A stretch of 64,000 bases of DNA. It comes from Octopus sinensis (lineage: Eukaryota). Of the stretch, positions 35,901 through 46,900 are shown piece after piece. The number at the start of each line of letters is the position of its first letter. Position 1 is the stretch's first letter. Both the position numbers and the translations under genes were made by a program. The notes below the pieces were generated by a model. That model was given only the letters and a program-made list of their open reading frames with translations, did not search any database and was not told the DNA's origin. The stretch is from assembly GCF_006345805.1 (NCBI RefSeq), contig NC_043000.1:110236001-110300000 (forward strand), in the 5' to 3' direction.

Positions 35901-38262
35901 CCTTTTATGTGCCACCAGCACGGAAGCCAGTTGGCTGCTTTGGCAACGATCATGATCGGATGGTGCACTTGGCACCCTACTAGCATGGGCACAAGTGCCA
36001 GTAAGGCGACGCTGGTAACGATCACACTCGAATGGTGCCCTTTTCATCAGTCGTATGAAATTTACTGGGGCAGATTTCCTTTAACTAAATGCTCCCCATG
36101 TCACTAATCCTTACCTGTTTCCAGGTAAGGTAATATTTACCTGTGACCAGACACATTTATCATAGATAAACATCCTCACTCATTTACACCCACCACACAG
36201 TCTCTAGACAAAAGTACACATGCACACAAGCATGCATATCTATGTATATATATCAAACTTCTTTCAGTTTCCTTCTACCAAATCCCCTCACAAGGGTTTG
36301 GTTGACCCAATGTTATAGAAGAAAACACTTGTGCAAGGTGCCACACAGCGAGACTGAACCCAAGACCACATGGTTGGCAAGCAAACCTTCATATTGCTAC
36401 TATTTCTTCCTCCATTCAATTCCCTTCTTTATCCTCCACTAATCCCTGACCCCTACTCTGTCCTTGTTGTCTCACTCCATTCCGTCTCCTGCTGATCCTT
36501 CGATCTTTTACTGACTCCCTTCTTTTTTGCTGACCCCTTTCTCTCAACTCTTCCCTCCCTACTTACTACTCTAGCAACCTCTCTCTCTCTCTCTCTCTCT
36601 CAGTGCCTCCTCTTCTTACTATTGACTTCTCTTTCTCTGTCCTCTTCTTATTTCTTTACTACCCACAAAGGGCTAAACATAGAGGGGACAAACAAGGACA
36701 GACAAACGGATTAAGTCGATTACATCGACCCTAGTGTATGACTGGTACTTTATTTATCGACCCCGAAAGGATGGAAGACAAAGTCGACCTCAGCAGAATT
36801 TGAACTCAGAAAGTAAAGACAGATAGAACACCACTAAGCATTTCCCCCAACCTGCTAACGTTTCTGCCAGCTTGTCGCCTTCCTCTTCTCTGTCCTCTTC
36901 CGTTGTAGCTCCTCCCCTTTTCCACCATCTTATTGGGTTGGTGCATAATTATCGCAGCTTTTTTCCAACAAATTTTATTCAACGGAAACAATAACAACAT
37001 GTAACAAAAACATCTTTAAATGATTATTCCGGAGCATATTCACCATCTATTTCAATTACTGCTTCCCATTTGCTTGGCAGACGGTCAGACCATCATTTAA
37101 AGATGCTTTTGTTAAATATTGTCATTATTTTTGTTGAATTAAATTTGTTGAAAAAAAGAAAGCTGCAATAATTATGAACCAACCCAATATTAACTCCTCT
37201 CCCTTTCTGACTTCCACTGATTCTCCCCCATCTCTCCTCCATTCCTATGCTACCCCCTGTCTGTTCTTCATGGACACCCATCTATCCTGTCCTCTAGTGA
37301 TATTGCCCTTCTCAAAACACATACACACACACACACAGTTATGTATGGAGTCCACAGTATTGTTTGTCCCTTATCTTAATCTAAATCGCATAATAAATGT
37401 CTCCTGTGATATGTCTAAACCAAAATGATAGATGAATCTCTTCTAATTCCAGGACATACCTCTTATGCTGTTGACAATGATGAAAAGAACATTCGGCAGG
37501 AAATAATGACCAATGGCCCCGTTGAGGCTGCTTTCTCAGTTTACAAAGATTTCCTTACATATAAATCAGGTGAAAAAATATTTCATTCTGCTTTGTTTGG
37601 TTGTCCTTTTTTGATTTTGGCCCCCGTGTTCAGCTGATTCTTAATTTATCAACCCTGAAAGGATGAAAGGCAAAGTCAACCTTGGCGGAATTTGAACTCA
37701 GCACAGATCAATGGGTGAAATACCACTAAGCATTTTGTCCGGCATGCTAACGATTCTTCCAGCTCACTGCTCTAGTAATAATAATGATAATAATGATAAT
37801 AATAATAATTTTTATTTCTTTATTGCCTACAGGGTCTAAACATAGAGGGGACAAACAAGGACAGACAAAGGGTTTAAGTCGATTACATTAACCCCAGTGC
37901 ATAACTGATACTTATTTAATCGACCCTGAAAGGATGAAAGGCAAAGTCAACCTCAGTGGAGTTTGAACTCAGAATGTAACAGCAGACGAAATACCTATTT
38001 CTTTATTACCCACAAGGGGCTATAAATACCTATTTCTTTACTACCCACAAGGGGCTAAACATAGAGGGGACAAACAAGGACAGACAAAGGGATTAAGTTG
38101 ATTACATTGACCCCAGTGCATAACTGATAATTATTTAATCGACCCTGAAAGGATGAAAGGCAAAGTTGACCTTGTCGGAGTTTGAACTCAGAACGTAATG
38201 GCAGACAAAATACCGCTAAGCATTTCACCTTGCGTGCTAACGATTCTGCCAGCTTGTCACCT

Positions 38263-38329
<67 letters not shown>

Positions 38330-41003
38330 GATGATGATAATAATGATAATGATAAAAATAATGATAATGATAATAATAATAATAATGATGATGATAATAA
38401 TGATAATAATAATGATGATGATGATGAAATTTGTGGGGAGGGGGTAGTCGATTGTATCAACTCCAGCTCTCAACTGGTACTTATTTTATTTACCCTGAAT
38501 GGATGAGAAGCAAAGTTGACCTCGGTGAAACTTGAACTCAAAGTGTGAAGATGGACAGAGTACCACTAAGCATTTGGCCTGACATGCCAATGATTCTGCC
38601 AGCTCACTGCCCTGCTTCCCACTTAAATCCTGCCCGGAATAAGACTGAATCTGAGCCAAGCCAAAATAATAATAATGGTTTCCCATTTTGGTGCAAGTTT
38701 GGGAGAAGGATGTAAGTCGATTGCACTGACCCCAGTGGTCAACTGGTATTTATTTTATCGACTCCAAAAGGTTGGCCTCAATGGAGATTCAGAGCATAAA
38801 GACTCATAAGAAAGCACCTCTCACTATTTTGTCGTGTGCTCTTAGGATTCTGCCAGAATGACAAAGTTATTTTATTAAATTCATTATTTCAAAAATTAAT
38901 TGCAATAAGGGCTGTGTAGTTTAACAAAAGGTTAATTGGATTTTCATTCATTTATATACATTCATTAAATCAATTCTGTATTTACTACGTTTGTATTTCA
39001 CTCATGTAAGGCAGCGAGCTGGCAGAAACATCAGCATGCTGGGCGAAATGCTTAGCTGTATTTCGTCTGTCTTTATGTTCCGAGTTCAAATTCCGCCGAG
39101 GTTGACCTTTTATCCTTTCGGGGTGGATTAAATAAGTACTAGTTACGCACTGGGGTCGATGTAATCGACTTAGTCTCTTTGTCTGTCCTCTCTGTGTTTA
39201 GCCCCTTGTGGGTAGTAAAGAAATAGGTATTTCACTCATGTGAAACAAGGCAGTGTCTTTCAAGGAGGCTGTGCTACAGAGGCCTTTCCAAAAGACATCA
39301 GCACTTTATCCATTGCCCTCATGTCAACCATTTTCTTGTATCTTAGAGAGAAATAATTGATATTTTGTTTTATGTGTTAATCAGACTGATAAGTCATATA
39401 TTTGTGCTCCTCTCCTTGGCTTCTATTCCAACTGATCAGAACCTACGTTTACCTATTTGCCAGAGTGCCAGTTCCATCTAGAATTATTATCACCATTAAA
39501 TGTATTTTCTTTAGATGCTAACTTATGTATGCTGAGGCTGAGCATCAAAGACTTGCAGAGTAATGGATGCTGATTATACCATTGAGAAATATGAAAGCAG
39601 AAACCAATTAATGGTTCTAGTCTCTCCATTTCAGCTGACCTTACCATTATACTCTATTTTTATTCACAACAGGTGTTTACCAACATGAAGAAGGAGAATT
39701 TATGGGTGGCCATGCTGTGAAGATCTTAGGTTGGGGCGTTGAGGAAAGTACTCCATATTGGCTTGTGGCTAATTCGTGGAACCCTGATTGGGGAGATAAA
39801 GGTATTTATCATTCAGACAAAATTTCTTTAATGGTTTTTCTTTGTAGTTTGTTTGTGGTTGCAAATTCTTTATAATTTTTGTAGAATTTTTGAAAATATT
39901 TTCAGTTATTGTTTTGTGTACAAATCATCATAATATTAGTTTCAAATTTTGGCACAAGGCTAGCAATTTAAGGGGAGGGGTAAGTTGATTACATCAACCC
40001 TAGTGTTCAACTGGTACTTCATCATCATCATCTTTTAACGTCCACTTTCCATGCTAGCATGGGTTGGACGATTTTGACTGAGGGCTGGCGAACCAGACTC
40101 CAATCTTGATCTGGCAGAGTTTCTACAGCTGGACGCCGTTCCTAATGCCAACCACTCTGAGAGTGTAGTGGGTGCTTTTTACGTGTCACCAGCACAGGTG
40201 CCAGTCAGGCAGTACTTATTTTATAAATCCTGAAAAGAAGAAAGGCAAAGTCTGCCTCGGTGGAATTTGAACTCAGATTACAGCCATGCATGTCCAGCCC
40301 AGTTAAGAGTACCCCTGATGCGTCAGGCGATAGGATATGCTTGAGAAGATCTGTTGAGTCAAGTAAAACCAATATCATAGCTGTGACCAGTGACCCCTGA
40401 CTGGGTCCTATGCTGGTGGTACATAAAAAGCACCATCCGAACATGTTCGATGCCAGTACCCACTGACTGGCTCCCGTGCCAGTGGCACATAAAAAGCACC
40501 CACTTCACTCTCAGAGTGAAGGACATCCTGCTGTAGAAACCATGCCAGATCAGATTGGAACCTGGTGCAGCCGCTGGCTCTCCAGACCTCAGTCAAACCG
40601 TCCAACCCATGCCAGCATGGGAAACAGATGTTAAATGATGGTGATGATGATGAATATAAAGACAAACGAAATACCACTCAGCATTTTCTCAGGTGTGCTA
40701 ACGAGTCTGCCAGCTTGCCTCCTTAGACTAGCTTAATAATGACAGCTGTTTTAATAAATTCTTCATTATTTAAAAAATGTTTTCTTTTATTCAGAAGATG
40801 TGTTTGTGTGGAATGGAGGAAGAAATTTGATTTTAAAAAAATATGTAAATATTTATTAATTATTTTTTTTTATTATGTATATCTTGTTAATCTTTTTCTT
40901 TCTGTTTACAGGATTTTTCAAGATCAAGAGAGGCAACAACGAATGTGGTATTGAAGATCAAATTGTTGCAGGGCTTCCAAAATTGGCCCAAAAGAAAGAA
41001 TGA
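23130..41003 (+). CDS. CTSB: Cathepsin B preproenzyme, 343 aa; join(23130..23267,30625..30834,31027..31142,33300..33384,35368..35512,37453..37569,39673..39801,40912..41003)
   Basis: All introns GT-AG with compatible phases; 1032 nt open frame. Signal peptide, propeptide, [19 protein letters not shown] (catalytic Cys), CNGGYP, occluding loop [17 protein letters not shown] (His), ANSW (Asn), ECGIE. Confidence 0.97.
24217..24557 (+). mobile_element. Non-autonomous Helitron
   Basis: 5' TC, 3' CTAG, inserted between A and T; subterminal hairpin CCCGAGCAATGCCGGG at 24530-24545. Confidence 0.85.
25449..26643. mobile_element. Merlin-like non-autonomous element nested in the outer MITE
   Basis: TIR GGATCTTTTCGGTTTGAA(T/C)GGCAGTTTTT; exact 8-bp TSD AAAGTAAA at 25441-25448 and 26644-26651. 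GG termini plus 8-bp TSD fit Merlin. Confidence 0.75.
25549..26331. mobile_element. Foldback (~780-bp palindromic) Merlin-like element, innermost of the nest
   Basis: TIR GGATCTTTTCCTTTTGAACG; arms complementary for most of their length to a 4-nt centre at 25932-25935; imperfect 8-bp TSD GCATCTTT / ATATCTTT. Confidence 0.8.
27240..28775. mobile_element. Long-arm foldback element (~335-bp spacer at 28050-28385)
   Basis: 27722-28050 is the reverse complement of ~28385-28710, and 27240-27334 pairs with ~28710-28775. Related direct repeats (TTCGGAAAATTCACAAGATCCGAGTTTTTC) occur at 26.9-27.1 kb. Confidence 0.75.
27335..27721 (+). mobile_element. Non-autonomous Helitron inserted in the left arm of the foldback element
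   Basis: A|TC...CTAG|T with hairpin CCCGAGCAACGCTGGG; removing it restores symmetry with the right arm. Confidence 0.85.
29010..29250. repeat. Pyrimidine-rich (CT) low-complexity tract
   Basis: Read directly from the sequence. Confidence 0.9.
30625..30834 (+). CDS. CTSB: CTSB exon 2 (AQDNF...QGNCGSCW)
   Basis: Acceptor ttatag, donor GTAAGT, phase 0/0, contains the catalytic Cys. Confidence 0.96.
31027..31142 (+). CDS. CTSB: CTSB exon 3 ([15 protein letters not shown]...CCQSCGMG)
   Basis: Acceptor ttgcag, donor GTAAGT, phase 0/2. Confidence 0.96.
32108..32392 (+). mobile_element. tRNA(Arg)-like SINE (family C)
   Basis: GGAGGCGCAATGGCCCAGTGATTAGGGCAGCGGACTCGCGGTC...GGTTTCAATTCTC head. Confidence 0.8.
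33300..33384 (+). CDS. CTSB: CTSB exon 4 ([13 protein letters not shown]...HSKM)
   Basis: Acceptor ttttgcag, donor GTAAAA, phase 2/0. Confidence 0.95.
35368..35512 (+). CDS. CTSB: CTSB exon 5 (GCQPY...occluding loop...DDDKHY)
   Basis: Acceptor cttgcag, donor GTGTGT, phase 0/1. Confidence 0.95.
36931..37189 (-). mobile_element. Mariner-derived MITE (Hsmar1-like TIRs)
   Basis: TIR TATTGGGTTGGTGCATAATTAT / ATAATTATGAACCAACCCAATA; internal remnant encodes the mariner C-terminus [20 protein letters not shown]. Confidence 0.9.
37453..37569 (+). CDS. CTSB: CTSB exon 6 (HTSY...NGPVEAAF...YKS)
   Basis: Acceptor ttccag, donor GTGAAA, phase 1/1. Confidence 0.96.
37640..38262 (-). mobile_element. Cluster / tandem array of family-B SINEs
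   Basis: Three central-domain copies; tail joined directly to the internal GTATTTCGTCTG site at ~37990. Confidence 0.85.
38265..38430. repeat. (AAT)n/(GAT)n microsatellite
   Basis: Read directly from the sequence. Confidence 0.95.
39008..39226 (+). mobile_element. SINE family B with 15-bp TSD
   Basis: TSD GTATTTCACTCATGT at 38993-39007 and 39227-39241. Confidence 0.9.
39673..39801 (+). CDS. CTSB: CTSB exon 7 (VYQH...GGHAV...[11 protein letters not shown])
   Basis: Acceptor caacag, donor GTATTT, phase 1/1; contains catalytic His and Asn. Confidence 0.96.
40912..41003 (+). CDS. CTSB: CTSB exon 8 ([29 protein letters not shown])
   Basis: Acceptor tttacag; TGA at 41001-41003. Confidence 0.96.
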
Positions 41004-41158
41004 TATTCAAATGTTGTTGACATTTTTACATTTTATATAAATCATACACACAAGACACATACACAGACACATACACACACACGCACACACACACACACAT
41101 CACAAGACAAATATAAAAATATTTTATAATTTTATTTGAAATTTACATGAAACTTTAA

Positions 41159-41164
41159 AATAAA
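41159..41164 (+). terminator. Candidate polyadenylation signal for CTSB
   Basis: First AATAAA after the stop, ~155 nt downstream, followed by a T-rich tract. Confidence 0.5.
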
Positions 41165-42206
41165 TATTTTTATTAAGATAATGGTTTTTTTTTTTTTTCC
41201 TTTTCTGAACTTCAATATTCTTTTTCTATTGCTGTTATTGTCTCTTTTGAAATTAAAACAGTCTATAAAAGGATGAGAACCATTCATCATCATCATCGTC
41301 ATCACCACCACCACCACCACCACTACCACCATTGTCATTGTCAGTGCCACCACCACCATCGTCATCATCATCATCATCATCACCACCACCATTGTCATCA
41401 TCATTATTTTAACATCCACTTTTCCATGCATAGATCAGATGGAAAGTATCAAGACATTATTCTATGGCTGGATGCTCTTCCTGTCACCAATCCTTGTTTG
41501 TTTCCAAGTTAAGGTAACATGTTTCCCCATGGCTAGACGTATTTTCATGGAAGATTGAAAATGAAGGACATCAATGTATGATGATGACACTCGTGCAAGG
41601 TCCAGACAAGGAGGCACAAACTCACATCCATCCTTCCCCCACGTACATGTATAGACATGATGATGATGATGACCATCACAGACCATTGTCCACATCCATG
41701 CAAAATTCAGCAATGCTTGTGCATGAGGCTATTGCAACCATTTGATCCCTGTGCTGGTGGCACTTAAAATGCACCATCTGAACGTGGCCGATGCCAGCGC
41801 CGCCTTGACTGGCTTCTGTGCCGGTGGCACATAAAAAGCACCAACCGATCGTGGCCGTTGCCAGCGTTGCCTGGCACGTAAAAAGCACCCACTACACTCA
41901 CGGAGTGGTTGGCGTTAGGAAGGGCATCCAGCTGTAGAAACAGTCAGATCAGACTGGAGCCTGGTGCAACCTCCTGGCTTCCCAGACCCTGGTCAAACCG
42001 TCCAACCCATGCTAGCATGGAAAACGGACATTAAACGATGATGATGTTGGCCTCACCTGGGTATGTGCTTGCAGCTTCCATTCTTCCCACACCTGGACAT
42101 CGCAATGTCACCTTGCTGGCAATTGCACAGCCTAGAATTGTAGGTGTGCTAAAGCTTGGATGGTACCTCTCAGACCCTTTCCACACTACCGACATGATCC
42201 AGAGAC

Positions 42207-42698
42207 AGCATAGGATTATAAATTTGAATTTTAAATTGAGGAACAAAGAAGATGCATAAGAATATATATATTTAATTTTAATGTAGTAAGAATTGTATAA
42301 ACTTTTGAGAGAACATGAATAATAATAATAATAATGAAATTATTGTATACAGTGCTCAGGTGTACCACAACTTGTCAAAAGTGCGTATAAAGCATATGCA
42401 GTAATGTACAAATGTCTGGAAAGTGAACAGTGTATGAGTCAGATAGATGCTTGCATGTGTATGGAGGGGAGAAAATCAGGTGTAGTGTTGGCGAATCTCA
42501 GGAAGCATGGAAGTTTTGAAGGATGCAGTGCTCTGACAACTAACAACTGATGCCCGCAGTTTGTTCTATGCTTCAGCATGGATTTTAAATTGAATTTTAA
42601 ATTGAGGAACAAAGAAGATGCATAAGAATATATATATATATTTAATTTTGATGTAGTAAAAATTTTTGTATAAACTTTTGAGATAACATGAAATAATA
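42207..42698 (-). mobile_element. LINE 3' fragment with (ATT)n tail between ~115-bp direct repeats
   Basis: 42207-42324 resembles 42574-42698 (TTGAATTTTAAATTGAGGAACAAAGAAGATGCATAAG...). Confidence 0.7.
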
Positions 42699-43693
42699 GT
42701 TTTTTGAAATAGTGGATCTCAAAGAACACATAAATCTATAAATAACAGCATGTAAACATTGAACTGAAAATCCCTTTTAGACTGAAAATGTTGAAGGCTA
42801 CTCATGGGACATGAGTCCACAACTAAGGTCATTTTTTTTTCTCAATTACTTTTTATGAAGATCTGAAAATTTCTATGCATAAGTAATGTACAGTGCCAAA
42901 GTAACAATTTCAAAAATTGCCAACATGGCAAAGGTCAATTTTATGAAGCAGGACATTTTTACAGAGAAAAAATAATTCCAGTTTTGAAGACATTAATGGA
43001 ATGTGTGCTTTTCTTTTCTATTTTGTTTTTGCTTTTTTCTCAAAGATTTTCAAAGATTGTCAAGATTGATGCCATAAATGTTCCTCTTTAATAATTTCAA
43101 GTTGATAAACACAGATAAGGAAGTCATTCGAGAAGACTAATGCTCTGAGGGAGACGGGGATCTTATTTGGAGTGAAATTTAAATGCTGCCAGAGAGAATA
43201 CTATGAGATTACTAATTATGGCATTGAGTTCCATGGATGAAAAGATTAAACAAAAACACCAACACAAAAATTGTCCTTATTCCAAAACAAAGGAGATCAA
43301 GATAAATTGATGAGAATTTTTTGTTGACAAATGTTTGATTGGAAGATTATGATAGACAGGAATAGGATCTTAGATGCAGTTTGAATGAGTTTAGATTGGG
43401 AACAAATAATGTTAGTTGAAGAAAAACCTGACTAGGGTTAGAACCAAGTGATTCAGGTAGTAAAAAAATGAAGTAGGTCACAGAAAGAGAGAGAATCATC
43501 ATGCAGAGGAATGGTAGGTCAAAAACAAGTGTCAGTTTGTCCCAGTATTCTTACCCATCCATGTGATGTGATCCTTCATATTTTGGTGACTGTAACTATG
43601 ATATTCTCAAGAGTCACTTCTTGATTGGGGTTTTGAGCACAATTTGTTTATAAAGTGCCACTAAATACCAAAAAATGCTTCTGCATTCTTGTT

Positions 43694-43910
43694 TTAGGAA
43701 TGAGTTTGTTGCTTGCTTTTGAAGTAAACTCGTAAAAAGTTTTCATAGGATACAAGTCCGCCATCGTCAACCCCGATTTCCATTTGATCGATCAAAGCCT
43801 GTGCATTGTTGATTCTCATTTCCGTTAATTTTTCCAAAATGGATTCTTTACTGGTGTAACCATCACGTTCTTGATGAAATGACTTAAATATAGTCCGTAG
43901 ATCTCGTTTC
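43694..43910 (-). CDS. EF-hand gene exon 3 (degenerate EF3 and EF4, stop)
   Basis: Acceptor tttcttgcag; TAA at 43696-43694. Confidence 0.88.
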
Positions 43911-46900
43911 CTGCAAGAAATAAGGGGCGTGTAAGCATGACACTATCATGTTTATTTGTGTATATATTTTAACATATGTGTATTATATTGTATTAGGTTG
44001 GTGCATAACTATTGCAGCTTTTTTTCAATAACTTTTATTCAACAAAAACTTTAAACAAAACGCCAAGCAGTAATTGAAGTAGATGGTGAATATGCTCTGG
44101 AAAAATAATTTAAAGATGCTTTTGTTACATGTTATTGTTTTTGTTGAATAAAATTTGTTGAAAAAAAGCTGCAATAATTATGCACCAACCTAATATTTAG
44201 GATTTAGGTCCTTTATGAGCCTTAAGGACTCATAAGGCCAGAGCTTCACTCAGTTTCCATGGCATATGGGTAACTGAGATCACAACACTCACCTCCTCCC
44301 GGATGAGATGCCAGTCCATCACAGGGTTCACTTCCCAACTAATGCTAGATCTCATTTACAGCTGAGTGGACTGGGGCTACACGAAATGTGAAATGTTGCT
44401 CAAGAACACAATGAACCACCCAATCCAGGAATTGAAACCACAATCTTATGATCATGAGTGCTACAACTTAACTACCCAGCAATGACTTACATTGTACAAA
44501 TGAACACAGATTATTTTCTACACTAGGTACAAGGCCTGAAATTTTTAGGGAGAGGGCCAGTTGATTAGATCAACCCCGGTGCACAACTGGTACTTAATTT
44601 ATCAACCCCAAAAGGATGAAAGGCAAAGTCGACCTTGGCAGAATTTGAACTCAGAACATAAAAACAGACAAAATACCGATAAGCATTTTGCCTGGCTTGC
44701 TAATGTTTCTACCAGTTCACAGCCTTATCAGAAGAAACTGTCATTATACTTTTTGGCTGGATTCCCAAACATGACAAACTAAATCAATGCATATTATCCA
44801 AACACCCTGTTCTTGCTCTACCACTAGATCTCCTGCCAGTTGGCTTGGCTTGAAGAATCTGTTTTGTAACTCTTTCTTGTGGTATCACTTCCATAGTACA
44901 AAATACAGGAAAACCCTAACAGTCACGCCACAGCCTTCTCTATGTTTATCTGAACCATAAAAACATGACTACCACTTTTAACATCCAACAGCTCAAACTT
45001 GGCTTCACTTCATCTTACACTCATAGTCATTTGTGATAGAATTTGTGTTGGTGATTTCTGTCTTACTGAGAAAATGTTCTTTTTATTCCAAGATTTAAAT
45101 GGTTTGAACAAAATGTTGGAATTTATTTGTAGTAACATATAATGCCGATTGGTAGAATTGTTTGAGTATCAGACAGAATGCCTCAGTATCTGTGCATTCT
45201 GAGTTCAAATCCTGCTGAGGTTTTTTGCCTTTTAGCTTTTTGGGGTTAACATATATGTACACACGCACACACACACTTCCTCTTTGAGTTACCCTAAAGT
45301 GGACTCTAATAAACAAAAAAGTGGGGGTAGGGGTGGGTAATGAAAATATTCTAAAAGTGGTAAAACTCACTTGTTTGGAATACTTTGCATAAACTCCTGA
45401 AATTGTTCCTTTGTAAGAAGTGTTCCATATTTTTCAATGAGTCTCTGTTCAGAAAAGAAACAAAAAAAAAAAAACAAAAGTGAGAAAGGAAGAAACAGAG
45501 AAAGGAGAGACAGGTAGATAGATAGATACATGGAGAGAGAGAGAGAGAGCGTGTGTACGTACATTCTCATTAACATCTGCACAACTCTCTCTTACTCTTT
45601 TACTTGTTTCAGTCATTTGAATAGGGTCATGCTGGAGCACCGCCTTTATAGTCGAGCAAATCGACCCCAGAGCTTATTCTTTATAAGCCTAGTATTTATT
45701 CTATCGGTCTCTTTTGCCGAACCACTAAGTTATGGGGACGTAAACACACCAGCATAGGTTGTCAAGTGATGCTGGGGGGACAAACAGACACACAAACATA
45801 CACACACACACACACACACACATACATACATACATACAACGGACTTCTTTCAGTTTCCGTCTACCAAATCCACTCACAAGGGTTTGGTCGGCCCAAGGCT
45901 ATAGTAGAATACATTTGCCCAAGGTGTCATGCAGTGGGACTGAACACGGTACCATGTGGTTGGTAAGCAAATTACTTACCACACAGCCACTCCTGCGCCT
46001 ATATAACTTAAATCCTAAAATTAAAAGACTGACATGCAAATCTGAAGCTGATCTGGAGTAAAGAGAACCACACCACTGAAGAACTCATGAAAGTCAAATA
46101 TGATTGATCGACTGATTAGGCACATCAAACAAATGATTAGGTAGATGGTTAAATAATAAAGAAGAGAAATTGAACCTGTGCGGGTGTTTATTATTGGTAT
46201 GATGTCCCATCCTGAGAAACAGCAGAATCTCTTGTCACTAAACGGGTCCACATTAAAACTGTTGCAAAGCAAAGGCATGATAAGTTATCTCCCATGTAAA
46301 AAATTTAACAACTAATTATCTCCCGTGATTCTTTCTTCGTGCAATAATTATTTCTTTGTTACTGATTCAAATAGGTTTAGCCAATCATCCTTGGCGAGGT
46401 ATTTGTCAAATTAAGGCGGCGAGCTGGCAGAAACGTTGGCACGCCAGGAGAAATGCTTAGCGGTATTTCGCCTGCCGCTACGTTCTGAGTTCAAATTCCG
46501 CCGAGGTCGACTTTGTCTTTCATCCTTTCGGGGTCGATTAAATAAGTACCAGTTATGCACTGGGTCGAGGTAATCGACTTAATCCGTTTGTCTGTCCTTG
46601 TTTGTCCTCTCTGTGTCTAGCCCCTTGTGGGCAGTAAAGAAATAGGTATTTGTCAAATATTACGGAAGTCTATCGTGTGAGTCCACATCTGCTGGATCAA
46701 GAACAATAGGTGGGGCTCTGTTATAAGGAGTTTGTTTCTTCAAACAGATTGTTTCGCGAATGGATTTGTTGGCATCGGAGAACGGAAACAAGCCTGCTGT
46801 GCCTGTTGCTCTTGATCCAGCAACTTCCGTAATATTTGACAAATACCTATTTCTTTACTGCCCACAAGGGGCTAGACACAGAGATGGATGTATGTATGTA

